A stretch of DNA of 64,000 nucleotides from Geosiphon pyriformis uo1 (lineage: Eukaryota; Fungi; Glomeromycota): positions 106,781-170,780 of the forward strand of contig JAAOMT010000504.1 of NCBI GenBank assembly GCA_016748015.1, given 5' to 3'. The translations under genes and the position numbers were made by a program. Position 1 is the first letter of the stretch. Each line of letters opens with the position of its first letter. A model generated the notes under the pieces. That model worked only from the letters and a program-made list of their open reading frames with translations, did not search any database and had not been told where the DNA came from. Positions 12,401-26,300 of the stretch are shown piece after piece.

Positions 12401-12598
12401 TAGAAAAAATACTTGAGTCAAAAGTTTGATATGTATACTGATTATAAAGAATTGACTTTAATTCAGAAGTAAAAATTTGGAGATGACTACTATGTCAGAT
12501 AGAAAATAGAACTTTTACTATTAAATTATACAGTACATTACAAAAAAGAAAAAGAAAAAGAAAATGCTGACAGCTTGTCATGAATGAAACAAATTTAA
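6414..12598 (+). pseudogene. gag-pol: Gag-PR-Cys-rich-dUTPase-RT-RNase H polyprotein of B (decayed)
   Basis: Gag core (YAPIAKLEKFTG...NQFIRGL), CHYCGKQKHLQIDC at 8106-8147, ILDS protease site ~8800, dUTPase, RT (SGYWQIAM, YLDN), RNase H ending NADSLS...KQI*. Confidence 0.93.
10374..10767 (+). pseudogene. dut: dUTPase domain within pol of B
   Basis: Across copies: DT(N/D)A-FDL, QLA-RSSLAKKG, GGIID--Y-GN, KIAQ-IF, RG-QGFGS-; matches the five trimeric dUTPase motifs in order. Confidence 0.88.
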
Positions 12599-12632
12599 AA
12601 AAAAACATTTCAATCCAAAAATATAAAAAAAG

Positions 12633-14014
12633 ATGAATATACAAAAATACCAACAACTCCAACATTATAAAATACCCAATTGTTTAAGGAAAAATTATCT
12701 TAAAAAGAACAAAAAAACATAAAACAACAATCAAAATATTTTATCAATCATCAAAATATACTTTACCAGAAGAACAAAAAAAATCCAAATCAACTAACCA
12801 GAGTAATTACAGAACCAGAAAAAGAGACAATATTATTCAACATGCACTCAAATCCAACAGCAAAACATTTTCATAAAGAAGCAACCATAAAAAAAACCAG
12901 GAAAAGATATTATTGGCCATCTATGTATTCAGACATCATCTAATATGTTAAAAATTGTGATGCTTGTTAAAGAAGAGGAGGGACAAAACCCAGTGAGCCA
13001 TTGAAACCAATTAAAGTGGAACAACTATTTGATTACATTGAAATTAACTTAATCAGACCATTAATTATAACCAGCAGAGGCAACAAATATATTGCAGTAG
13101 CCATGGATTATCTCACTAAATGGCCAGAAGCAAAAGTCATTCAAAGAGCAGATGCAGAATCTATTGCCAAATTTGTTTATCAAAACTTGATCTGTCAATA
13201 TGAATGTCCAAAAAAATTGTTATCTGATTAAAAAACTTACTTTATAAATAGAACATTGACAGAATTGAGTCAAAGATTTGGGATAAAAAGACTATTATTA
13301 TTACCATACCATCCACAAACAAATGAGTTAGTTAAGAGATTTAACAGAACATTGTGTGAAGCAATTACTAAAATTAGTCAAGAGAACCAAGACAAATAGA
13401 ATTTGTTTATACTATTGGTATTATTTGCTTATTAGACAATAAAGCAAAACACTACACAAGCAACACTATTCGAATTAATATATGATAGAACAGCAACATT
13501 ACTAGTTGAGATAGAAATCAAAACATATCCAACAAAACCAATAACAGAAGAGAATTTTCAAAGAATATTGTTGAGAAGAACATATGACTTAATAGAAACA
13601 TTAGAAAACACATGATAAAAAGCAGCTGATAACATCCAAAAATCACAAAAAAAACAAAAAAAAAGACATAATAACCAACTACCAGAGAAACCAGTTGAAT
13701 TTAAGATTGAAGACAAAGTACTTTTACATCATACCAAAGCAAAAAAACAATAGAGTAGAAAATTTGATCCCAAATAGGACTGATCATTTCACATAGAAAA
13801 AATTTTAGGAAATGGAACTTATAAATTAAGATTAAACAACAAAATTTTGATTAAATCAGCACAGGGTAATTGACTAAAACCATATTACAATACAACACCA
13901 TTATCTACCAGTAATATTTTACAATTAGGAGTACAAAAAATACTAGTCAAACCAGATGAGATTCCACAAGATCTGGAACCAATCATAGTTATTAAACCAA
14001 ACACGTCAAATTAA
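12633..14014 (+). pseudogene. int: Integrase ORF of B
   Basis: ATG 12633; MHSNPTAKHFH...YYWP...NCDAC, MDYLTKWPEA, ERFN-like motifs; no chromodomain seen. Confidence 0.9.
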
Positions 14015-14070
14015 ACAACCAAAAAGAGTATATAAAGACATAGTATATGTAATAAAAGCAACAAAGAATA

Positions 14071-14704
14071 ATAGAAATACCAGACCATATTCAAACTTTA
14101 GCTTAACAATTGTTTCAGGCTTTAAGTCAACAGCAAATAAACATAGAAATTATTATCAACAACCAAACAATTTGTTATCAAAACACCAAACAAAAAGAGA
14201 AAAGTATACTATACTAGTGACCATAAAAACAATCAATAAACTGGTCAGATAAAATAGTAGAGAAAGTAAAGAACACATTTGGAAAGATAACCATCATGAG
14301 TTCAATAGAAAAACTGGTGAAAAAAAATTAAAACCAATAGTTAAACTAACTTCTAATACCTTACTGCTACTACTAATTGAGACAAAAAGTAGATATTCAG
14401 AAGTTATATCTTAACAAATCCAAGAGAATCTTCAATCAAAAGATAATTTGGAATATTGAAGACATTATTAGAAAAAAAACAAACTTGACACTACACATCA
14501 AGACTATTTATCAACTACACACTATATTTCAAACTACTCAGAAGTATTGTTACATTCTGACATTAAACAATAATTATCAACCAATAAAGAAAAATGAACA
14601 ACTCACAAATTAAAGAGATAAAGAATAGAGTAGAACAGATACTACTTGAAAAAGAAGTATTTGACATAATTCAAAATAAAAATTTTAATGGAGCTCAATA
14701 TTAA
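14071..14704 (+). pseudogene. ORF3 type 2 of B
   Basis: (M)EIPDHIQTLA-QLFQALS...FNGAQY*; TATA-like GAGTATATAAAG at 14026-14037; includes track ORF 14377..14613. Confidence 0.75.
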
Positions 14705-14717
14705 AAGAAGGGGATAA

Positions 14718-15566
14718 TGTTACTTATAAAAAGAAAACAGATATAATAGACCAATAAGAGAATAGTAGTTAGCACATGAACACATTGCTTAGCAATATGA
14801 AGCAATATCAGAAATCACAGCATATTGCTCAGCAATGTGGAGCAATGTCAAAAGTCATGGCACATTGTTTAAGAAATCATAGCTCATTGCTCGGGAATGT
14901 GAGCAATTTTATAAAACATCAATTATATATATATAGCAGTAGCATTAAAAGAAAAAAAAAACAGATCTTTTAGGTTAGATTTAATCTAAGCAATCTTTTC
15001 ATCTACAAATATTAATAAATAATTATTTACTATCTTAATCCATTTTCTACTATCTACATTTCATGTTGATAGTCATTGATATATAAATCATGTTGAAACA
15101 ATAGCTCTTGATCATGACTATTGACAGGATACTAACTTGCAAATTGCCTTGGCTTATTCTTCTTTATATTTTTCTTTATCTCTTTTATCTTTTTTTTTTC
15201 CTTGGTTTTGTGTTTACTAATTAATTGAAAATTAAAGTATTAAATTATTGATGTCAAAGATAGCCTGGTAAAAGACCCAAAAATAAGGGTAAAAATATAG
15301 ATATATTAACAAAAAGCTTACCAGAAGGGCATAACTACTAGAATAAATCTGGCCACCAAGCTGAAAAAAAAATTGAACATAATTGCATTTCAAAAAAACT
15401 ATTACAATCATCACTGAATCTCTGTTCATTATACAAAAGACTCAACCAAAACCTTTAAATAATACCAACAAACCAATATTACCAACATTATTCACCATAT
15501 TAATTACTGAGCACCAAGTTATAGATTTGTTATTTGATTTAAGACCCCAAATAAACATTTGTAACA
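14718..15566 (+). repeat. 3' LTR of B
   Basis: TGTTACTT...TGTAACA directly after the PPT. Confidence 0.96.
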
Positions 15567-18245
15567 CCACTTATAAAGATGAAATCTATCACTTTTTTGA
15601 CCTTTCAAAATTGCTCTAAGTAGGAACTTTCACCAACAAATGTTCATTAAAAGTATTGACCAGGCCCAAATTCAAGCAAAACTTGAAACTAACACTTCTC
15701 TTGAATTTATTTTCATTAAAATTACCACTTAAAACCACAAAAAAACTAAAATTAACCACCTTAGAAATCATAAAATTGATATTAGCAGCTTGGCCAAAAC
15801 AAACACCAATGAATGCACCAACATAAAGACCCAAAATCATAACTGAAAGTTTGTTCTTGAACAGAAAATACACAAAGATCAACCAACCAAGAACTTTCTT
15901 CACTTTAGACATATAACAAACCAAAAAAATGTTCATAATTATGGCAACCCCAGTACCAAGAAAACCTGCATCCAAACCAAAAGTGAAAACCCAAATTCCA
16001 TCAAACTTATTCATGATTCATGGCCTAATGCTAGATCTTAATTTTGTCTTTGTAATAATTGAAACCATATTTCCTGATTTTTTATGCCAACAAATAACAT
16101 CTTCCTGTTTTGCAGGAACATTGATATCCCTAATATTGTATATAATAAATTTTCAAACCAAATTACTTATTGAAAATTAGAGAAAGCTGATGAATCCAAT
16201 CCAGAGTACAAATGATCCAATTTTTTCAAAACTAAATTAATTAATACTTCTAATGCCACTATTTTTGACTCCAAACCACTTACCTTGATGGTCAAAATCT
16301 TAGAACTACTAAAGCTAAAACCAGATACATCATTATTAATACCAAAAAAAAAAAGAACAGATGGCATTAACACATTATCCACAGCCATATCCAAATTCAA
16401 ACCCGAATCCAAAGATGTAGAAGCAACAGAAAAGGAAGTAAGAAATAAAGACACCAAAGACACCAACTCAATAAAGCTTAACTTCCTTAAGATACCAGAA
16501 ACTTAGTCTACCAGAAGCTTCAAAGAGTGCTTCAGAAAAGCCAAATGGTTATGTAAAACAGAGTTACTAAAGGAAGCAAAGATTGCTAAAAAGATTTTAG
16601 CACTAGAAGATGAACCAGCACCAAAAAAAAATAAAAAACCACATAAAAAGAAGAGCTACTAGCAACTTGGGCTCAAGCTTTACCACTAAAAAAAACTAGG
16701 CAGGCAATTGGGGCCTGCTTTTTCTTATATATATTGGCCAAACAGATTTGATCTTAAGCCATTACCACTCACTTACTGTGTACACCAGAATTTCCACTCA
16801 AAAAACAATCACTTGAAATGTGATTAAATTGTTTACACAATGCACAGCAAGCCAAAAAAAGACCAGCCCAATGCAAATTCATGTCTTTGAAAACCAAAAC
16901 AGAGCCAATAGCAGCCAATCTAGATGCCTTACTATCAAAACAAATTACAGTGCATTTATTACAAATATAAAAACCAGAATTATGGCCAATGAAATATGTT
17001 TTTTTATTATATGATTCCAACAAACTAAAATGATTATGAGCAGATATACCAACTGGAAGAGTATAAAGCAAAGCCCAATGCTGATCTCTGAATACTTATA
17101 ATTGTTTATTATTAATAGCCAAAGTCATATGCACAGAATCTTTTTTCATAAAAATCAACCACTTGGATGCAACCAAACTGGTAACATTAAGAGATTCAAA
17201 CTCTACCAAAGCTTTTTGCTATAGGCTAATTAATTGTATTTTAACTGAAATCATCTTATCAAATTTGGAAAAAACAGATTCTACAGCCAATTTGAGAAGA
17301 TTAACTGGAATTTTTTTGATAATTATATCCTAATTTGAATAACTGCTTGCTTTTCTAACATTATTGTTTACTATAATTTTTTTACAAATTGCCAATTTTT
17401 TAGCCTTATTTAGACTCAATTTAAATGTAAAAGAGAATCTGATGATCTCTAAAAATTTTAAGAAAATAAAAGCTCTTCCAAAACTATTGATTTGATAAAA
17501 ATTTTTTTTGATTGAAATTAACTTATTACTACTAGTTTTTTTAAATACAGCAGTTAATTCAACATCCAAAGCAAACAATTTTACTGGCTTGAAGCTTTAT
17601 TTTTTTAGGACAGATGATTTGACAGATGGCAGCTGATTGAAACTATTAAACTTTGGAAATAAAAGACTCAGCACATTTTCATTATCACTTATAATGTCAA
17701 ATATTAAGAGTTTTTAGAGAATTATCTAGTATGTATGTTCAGATACAAGTTTTTTTCAATGTAGCTTTATTTATATTATCATCTTTACCTAATTCTGAAT
17801 AGCTTGTTTCTTCAGCAACCATGTTTGCCATATTCTTAACATCTAAAAGATTATTCACACTGCTAATAACACTGCCAACTTTGCTTTCTTAAGATATTAC
17901 AAGCTTATTGCTAGAAACACCAATATTTTTCAGGGCCAGAGGGCCAATAAACAAGTTAACCAAAACACCACCAGCTTCAAGTTTCTTTAGCTTTTTATAC
18001 AATGCACCATAAGAGTAAACACTTTCTACACACTTTTTTTTGGTATTAGGGCAGATCTCAAACTATTTAAATCCGAATTAGAGCCACCAGCAGAAAAATT
18101 TACTAGTTCTATGACAATAAAAACAAGTATATTAGAAGAAATAATTATGAAAAGACAAAAGAGAAAGAAAAAAAGGAGGTATTAAATCTTCAATAAATTT
18201 TTACTCTTGTTGTGGTCAAGGGATTAATAAGAAAAAGATTGTCAA
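15567..18245 (-). mobile_element. LINE-1 5' part: 5'UTR, ORF1 (18112-16167), ORF2 APE endonuclease N-terminal part (16170-15567)
   Basis: ORF1 with CALCKQFNHISSDC CCHC knuckle and RRM-like segments; ORF2 with NIRDIN, ITKTKL (TETK), GTGVAII, GLYVGA, SGNFNE (GDFN) APE motifs; 5' boundary approximate. Confidence 0.9.
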
Positions 18246-18668
18246 CCAAAATTTATAAAACTTCTTTGGCAAAAAAATTTTAAAATATTAAAAAAAGTTG
18301 TAAAATAATAAATAATTTGGTATTTACTTTATAAGTTTCTATCTATTTACTTTATAATTTTTTAAAATATTCAAGAATTTAAATGTATGCTAAATTATCT
18401 AGTATAAATTTTATTGGTTTTTTATAATAAAGTTTTAAATTTATGGTTAACAAAAATTTATATCAACAATATTAAGATAAAGTATTTTGTTAATTAATTA
18501 TTTTATATTTAAAATAATTAAAGCATAATTGTTTTATTTCAATGTACATTTTATTAAAATCTAAATCAGCTACAACTATAATCTTTTTAAATTTTAACTA
18601 GTATATGTATAATAAAATCTAGCTACTTAAATTAGAATGATAATTACAATATCTATTATAATATTATC

Positions 18669-19352
18669 TGTATAACTATTGTTTTGTAGACCTGAACCCA
18701 ACCTAATAGATCAGTTTGAATTTCTAGTTTTGTAGATTTAATTGGTTCTTGAGTCTTAATAAAGACCCAAACTAATAATACTCAAACTTGAACTTGTAAA
18801 ATAATAATATAAAGCTAATTGGCTGTTTTTTATATAGATTATATCATTTTTATAATACATAAATGTTATAAATTTAAACTAGTTATTTTTTGTTTGTTTT
18901 TATTTTATATTATAAAATTTTTTACATACTGCTTTAAAATAATAATAAATTATTATCAAGTAAAATAGTTTCTAATAGGTAATATATTTTTATTTAAAAA
19001 ATTTATAGCATTAGTAATAATATAATAACCAATAAGCAAAGCAATATAAATAGTAATATGTTTAAGATTATCATAGAGAGAACTAAATGATTAAATATAT
19101 TTATATAAATTATTAAAGTTTAATTGATTTTAATAATAGTTTGTAAGTCTTATGTTTAAAATATTAAGTACATTTCATTAATTGGGTTTCTAATAAATTT
19201 TTAATTATAATTTTGACCAGTTCTGAATCTGGTTTGTGTTTATTTTAGTCAAATCTGGGTCTATTATTAGACTCAAACTGGTTTTCCAGTTTGGATTCAG
19301 TTTTTTGCTAAAACTCGGACCAAACTAGATCATAAAAAACACTAGTTTTACA
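18669..19352. mobile_element. Putative MITE / non-autonomous DNA transposon
   Basis: Ends TGTATAACTATTGTTTT and AAAACACTAGTTTTACA are inverted repeats (15/17); subterminal inverted TTGAGTCT..AATAA..GACCCA on both sides; no clear TSD. Confidence 0.45.
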
Positions 19353-19849
19353 AAAAGTAAATTTTTTTAATATATATATGTACTAAAAAATAATAATAAT
19401 ACATTTAAAATTTTAAATTACATATATATAATCAATAAATTAATCAATTTAAATATTTGAATAGAGAAATTTCATTAAGCAATATCTTTTTATATAATTT
19501 AAATTGTTAAAACTTAAATTAATATACTATTTTTAATATCAATTTCTATAAAAATAAAGAAAATTTATATTAGCTTTCTTAAAAAATTTTTATCAAAACA
19601 ATTGTTCTCATTAAAATATTTAAAAAAAATATATTTTGTTTACATCCAAGTTTTCATATTTGTTTATCAAAAATCGGATCAAATTTATGGAGCTATATTT
19701 ATTTAAATAGAAATATTTTTATGGTTTTCTTAAATGTGTAAACTCAAATTTAATTTATCATTATATTTCTTAATTGCTTATGAATATTATAATAGCAACT
19801 TAATCAATGCCTTGTTTCATTATATTATAAATTTAAATAAATTGCTTTT

Positions 19850-21830
19850 GAATTTTAAAGTTAGAGAAAATAAAATTTAAGTTTATTCACAAATAATAAT
19901 GGCTTAAGAGCTCTAAAAAATAGATTGTTTTGTTATACTATTCTTAGAAATTATAACTCCAATAAAAATTTTTGTTTTATAATAATAGGATGTAGTTATA
20001 CAAACTATGCCAAAAAAATTTTTCTATTCCTAATTTTTTTGGAAAAAGTTGCTTTAGCATTGATTGCTTTAGTTAAAGCATAAACAATTTTTTTTTAAAA
20101 TATTGCACCATAAGAATGCATTCAATATATTAATTCAAATTCTTTAAAAATTTAAATTTTACATTTAATGAGATTATGGATAACATAAACAAAATTAAGA
20201 AAAGTTAATATCTAACACAAATAAATAATGTTAATTTTTTGTTAATTTGAGAAATCATTTCAAAAAAAAACTGATTAATTAAATTTAAATTTTCTAATTG
20301 TTGAATTTTTATCATAAAAAAAAATGTCATAATGCTTTTATTGTAAATATTGCATTTCTAATAAAGATTATAATTCAATTAAAAGTAAATCTAATAGCTT
20401 TTATTTTTTAAATACTTTGAGTTTTATCAGAAAATTTTGGAATTTCTTCTCTTTATTTCTAGTATATTAGTTGTAAACCACAAAAACAAATTTTCATATT
20501 ATTGTCAAATATTTTTTACTTTTAACAAAGTTCAAATTCAAAATTTTTTAAATACATACTTAATTTAAAATATTCAGAAATTATAAAAATTTAAATAATA
20601 GGTTTTCACTATAATCTTTTTTGGTTTTTAACATGCAAAAACTTTAGTTTTTTCATGAACTTTGCTTTCAGATTTTTTTAAAACTTTTTAATAGAGAATA
20701 TCTTAAACAAAAGATATTAAGGCTTCATTTTTCTTGATTTTCAACAGTTAAAATTGATAAAATAAAGCTTATATTTTAATCTGGTTTTTCGATCTTTCAA
20801 ATTTTATATATATATTTTTTTTTAATTTATTTTAAGCATAAATACCAAAGTGACAAGTTAATTTACTTACCGCGAAACAAGCTTTTAATCTATTTTTTGC
20901 AATTTCATATTATCTTTATAATTAACCAATAATCTTGAACTGTTTCAGAATTTTTTATCAGTTATAACTTCATTTTTTTAGCAATAAGAGACAAAATATT
21001 TTTTTGATTGTAAATTGTTATGTTTAATCACTCAATAATAATTATTCTAGCTCCAAATTTTATCATCAACATAATAATTGTAAAATTTTCAATTTTAGTA
21101 ATTAAGCAAATACTAATAATTATCTTAAAACTATTTATTTCATGCTCTATAGGGAAGAAGCATGCATAGGAAATCAATTCAGCAAAAATGTTCTGATATT
21201 TCATGTTTATAAAAAATTTTTATAATTTGGAAACAATTAAAAATACTAATCAAATAAAAACTTTATGATTGGTAATTCAAATATGTGTTTTTCAACATGT
21301 CAATTTTTTTAAAATTGATAAACTATTATTTCAGAATTTATTGAAAAAGTTATAATTAAACAGATTGAATCTCCAATACCTTTTTTATGGCTTTCAATTC
21401 TTACCAATTGTGAAAAAATTACCTAAATAAAAATCTCAGCATTTGCTTTAAGAAAACACAATGAGTTCAAAAATAGTAATAAGTTACAAATACAATTGCT
21501 CTGAATAACTCATGTTCAGAAAATTTATAAAAATTTTCATAATTCAACAGATTTGTTATCAAATAAAAATTATTAGCTAACACAAAAAGCAATTTAAATT
21601 ATCATCATAGATATAGAAAAATATCAGCATTTATGTTGTTTCTTACTTCTACAAATTCACAACTTATTAACAACCAGTACAAGTTCTTTAAAAAATCTAA
21701 TGTCAATTTAATTGATCACTAATAAACTAAACATATTGTTGCTAACACCACACATTTTTTTGGTGACATTACTATTGAAAAACTATTTTACATATTCCAA
21801 TTAACTATTTTTTTTCTTTTTTTCAATTAT
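19850..21830 (-). pseudogene. Heavily decayed, apparently intron-containing coding sequence of unknown family
   Basis: Long minus-strand frame with protein-like stretches (KKMCGVSNNMFSLLV, ESHKKGIGDSICL, FAELISYACFFPIEHE) broken by stops; GTAAGT...AAG intron-like segment 20870-20794; boundaries approximate. Confidence 0.35.
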
Positions 21831-22510
21831 TAAAAAACATATCAAGCCTAAAGTCAATGAGTTTTTATTCTTCCACATCAAAAAAAAATTTTGAATGTGT
21901 TCATCTTAATTTAAAAAAAAATTTTCATAATTTATGCTCATATGTAAAAAATATTACAAATAATCATAAAAACTCTTTTTTTTTCTTTTACTAAATTTAG
22001 AAATAAATTTTAATAATATAATGCTTTTCAATAATCACATTATCCATATATTTTGAAGTTTGTAATTCTATACATACAACATTCATGTATTTAAATATTT
22101 AAGCTACACTAATAAGAAATTTTTTTTGGATTTTCTAAATTTTTTATTGTATTTTCTATTGTGTTGTACAGGTTATATATGAATAATTTAATATTAATAT
22201 TCTTTATTTCTTCTTTTTCAAAATCTTATTGTTTTTTAATTATCATATTCTTGGCTTCAAATTTCATAAATATTTAGAATAATTCTAATATATTCAAGAT
22301 TATTGAACATATTAAGCCATTTTTTCTCTTTAACAAAATTAGTTTTTACTTAAAACCTTAGAGTAAACTATTCAAAGCTTAAGTTATAATTTTTTGTAGC
22401 TTTTTAATCTTAAAAAATTCAAAGCAATGGTAATGACTATAACATATGCATATATTTATTTATTTTAATTATTTATGTTAAATGTTTTTGTAATAAATTT
22501 TTGTTCTTAG

Positions 22511-23352
22511 TATTACAGATAATTATTTGAGATCTTAAAACAAATAACAATCTGTAACTTGGTGCTTAATAGTTTGTTTGATTGGTAGTATTTGAAAATT
22601 TTGTTTGAATTCTTTGTATAATTGATAAAGATTCAAGTATTGTTTCTATCTATAGCTTCTTAGAATTGCAATTTTGTCAAATTTTTTTCTTTAGCATGGT
22701 GGCCAGTTTATTCTGACAGTCGTGCTCTTTTGGTAAGCTATTTTTAATCTTTCAAGTATTCTACTCTTATTTTATGGGTCTTTTACCAGGCTATTCTTAA
22801 CATTAATAACTTAGTGCTTAATTTTTAATTAATTAATATACAACAAACAAAAATAAAAGAAATAAAAGAATATAAAAAAGAAATTTAAGCCAAAGCAATT
22901 TATATTAGTATTCTGTCAATAGCCATAATCAAAAGCTATTGTTCTAGTGTAATTAAGTATTAGATACTATCAACATAAAGTGTTGATAGTAGAGAGAGTG
23001 ATTTGAATAGTAAATAGTTATTTTATTAATATTGATAATTCTAACTAAGATGTTTTTTTCTTTTGGAAAATTTATTTTTTCTACTTTTAATGCTCTTACT
23101 ATATATACATAATTTGGGTTTTATAATATTGCTCATATTTTCAAGTAATGTGCTATCATCTTTTAAATAATACTCTATATTGCTAAGCAATGTGCTATGA
23201 TTTTCTAACAATATTCCATATTGCTGAGCAATATGCCATAATTCTTAACAATGTTTTATATTGTTGAGCAATATGCTCATGTGTTAACTTCTATCCTATT
23301 AGTTTATTTGTTTTTCTTACTATTTTCTTGTATGCTTTTTCTATGAGTAACA
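22511..23352 (-). repeat. 3' LTR of C (U3 type 2)
   Basis: Reverse complement TGTTACTC...TGTAATA; ATTGCT/AGCAAT repeats at ~23125-23280. Confidence 0.94.
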
Positions 23353-26300
23353 TTATCTCCTCCTTTTAATATTAAGTTCTATTAAAATTTTCATTTTAAA
23401 TTAGTTTCATAATTTTTCTTTCTAGTACTGTTTGTTTAACTCTGCTTCTTATATCTTTGATTTGTAAATTGTTCATTCTTTTCCATTGATTAATGATTAT
23501 TGTCTTTATGTTAGAATATAGCAATATTTTTGGGTAGTTCTGAAAAATCATGTATAGTCAATAGATTGTTCTAATATGTAGTGTCAGATTTGTTTTTTTT
23601 CCAATAATATCTTCAATGTTTCATATTATCTTTTGATTGAATATTCTTTTAGATTTGTCAAGATATAACTTCTGAATATCCAACTTTTGTTTTACCTAAT
23701 AGTAGTAGTATGATATTAGAAGTTGTTCTATCTACTGTTTCCAGTTTTTTTTGAAAGTTTCTCTGTTGAGACCATGATGGGTATTTTCCCAAAAGTGTTT
23801 TTTACTTTTTCTATTATTTTATCTGACCAGTGTTTGTTTAGTTCTGTGGTTGCTAATATAGTGTATTCTTTGCTTTTTTTTCTTGTTTGATGTTCTGATA
23901 GCAGATTGTTTAGTGATTAATGACAATTTTCATGTCTAATTGTTGTTGATTTAAGACTTGAAATAATTGTTGAGCTAAGATGTGGATATGATCTAATATT
24001 TCTATTTTTTTTTGTTGCTTTTGTCATGTCTACTATGTTTTTATATACTCTTTTGGTTAATTAAATTGACATGTTTAAATCAATAATTATAATTGGTTCC
24101 AAATCTCATGGAATCTTATCTGATTGGATTAGTGTTTGTTATACTTCTAGTTGTAAAATATTACTGGTAGATAATAATACTATGTTGTGGTATGGTTTTA
24201 GTTAATCTCCATGTGCTGCTTTGGCTAAAATTTTGTTGTTCTATTTTAGTTTATAAGCTCTATTTGCTAGAATTTTTTCTATGTGAAATGATTTGTTCTA
24301 TTTGAAATCAAATTTTTGACTCCATTGTTTTTTTGCTTTGATATAATGTAAAAGTACTTTGTTTTTAATTCTGAATTCAATGGGTTTATCTGATAACTAG
24401 TTATTGTGTTGTTTTTTTTGTTTTGTTTGTGACTTTTGAATATTATTAGCTGCTTTTCATTATTTGTTTTCTAGTGTTTTTATTAAGTCATATGTTTTTC
24501 TTAACAGAGTTTTTTGGAAATTGTCTTTTGTTATTGATTCTGTTGAGTAAGTGTTAATTTTTATCTCAACTGGTAACATTGCTGTTCTTTTATATACTAA
24601 TTCAAATAGTATTGCTTGTGTAGTATCTTGTTTTATTGTCTAATAAGCAAATAATATTAATAATATAAATAAATCCTATTCATTCTGGTTTTTTTGACTG
24701 ATCTTGGCTATTGCTTTACACAATGTTTTATTGAATCTTTCAACCAATCTATTGGTTTATAAATAATATGATAATGATAATAGTTTTTTAATCCCAAATC
24801 TTTGACTTAATTTCATTAATGTTGTATTTACAAAGTGAGTTTTTTGATTTAATTACAATTTTTTTGGACATCTGTGTCGACAAATCAGATTTTGGTGAAT
24901 GAATTTGGCTATGAATTCTGTATCTGCTCTTTAAATTGCTTTTGCCTTAGGTCATTTTGTAAGATAGTCCATGGCTACTGCTATATAACAATTGTCTTTA
25001 CAGATTATTGTTAATGGTTCTACTAAGTCAATTCCTATTCTGTTAAATGATTGTCTCATTTTAATTGGTTTTAATAGTTAATTGGGTTTTGTTTCTCTTC
25101 TTTTTTAACAGGCATTACAATTTTGAACATATTAAATGATGTCTGAATACATTAATGACCAGTAATATTTTTTTTTGGTTCTTTCTATGATTACTTCTTT
25201 ATGAAAATGTCCTGTTGTTAGATTTGAGTGCATGTTGTATAGTATTGTTTCTTTTTCTAATTCTGTAATTATTCTGAATGGTTGATTTGAATTTTTTCTG
25301 TTTTTCTGATATAATATATTTTGGTAAATGATAAAATATTTTGATTGTTGTTTTATGTTGTTTTGTTTTTTTTGAGATAATTTTTTTTTAAACTGTCAAG
25401 TATTAATATAGTTTTAGAGTTATTGATATTTTTGTGTATTCATCTTTTGTTATATTTTTGAATTGAAATATTCTTAGATTTGTTTCATTTGTGATAAACC
25501 ATCAGTGTTTCTGTTTTTTTTTCCCTTTTTATAATATACTGTATATTTGAATAGTGAAAGTTCTATTTTTTATCTGGTATAGTGGTCATCTCCAAATTTT
25601 TGTTTCTGGATTGATGTTAATCCTTTGTGATCAGTATATATATCAAATTTTTGGCTTAAGTATTTTTTTTATTTTATGACTGTCCAATAGATAACTAAGT
25701 ATTCTAGTTCTGGTGTTCCATAATTCTTTTCAGCCAGACTCAAACTTTGGCTAACATATGTTATTGGGTTTTCTCTTCTATTTAGTCTTTTCTGCAATAA
25801 TACTGCTCTCAATGCTTGATCTAATGCATCAGTAGTAATAATAAATGGCTTGCTGTGATTTGAATAGATCAATACTAATGCTTGAATAAGCTTTCTTCTT
25901 AAAGTGTCAAAAGCTTCTTGTTGTTCTTCAGTTTATTTATATTTTACATTCTTGGCTTGAAGTTGGTAGAGTAATTAAGCCAGTTTGAAAAAGTTTTGGA
26001 TAAAGTGGCAATAATATCTAACAAATTCCAAGAATGTTCACAGTTCTGTCAAATTTGTTGGTACTGAAAAGTTTTTGACAATCTCAATTTTGTCTGAATC
26101 TGTCTTGATGTCATCTTTGCTCATAACATGTCTTAAAAATTTCAATTCCATTTTGCCAAAAAAGCACTTGGTTGTATTCAGTTTTAATCTTGTTCTTTTT
26201 AACTTTTTAAACACTTGTTGAAAATAATGTAAATGATCATCAAATGTTCTTGAAAACACATTGGTGTTATCCAAATATATGACTACTGATTTCCATAGCA

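Larger units (their letters stand above)
5543..15566 (+). mobile_element. Full-length Ty3/Gypsy element B (~10.0 kb), inserted in the LINE-1 endonuclease
   Basis: LTRs 5543-6393 and 14718-15566, PBS after 5' LTR, PPT AAAAGAAGGGGATAA 14703-14717, TSD TCAC/CCAC; removing it restores LINE frame KVIDFIFISENLVSAI. Confidence 0.97.

Noticed and set aside
13860-14014. Chromodomain at the integrase C-terminus
   Set aside because: The tail after the GPF/SH3-like region is short and Pro/Ile-rich with no aromatic-cage pattern
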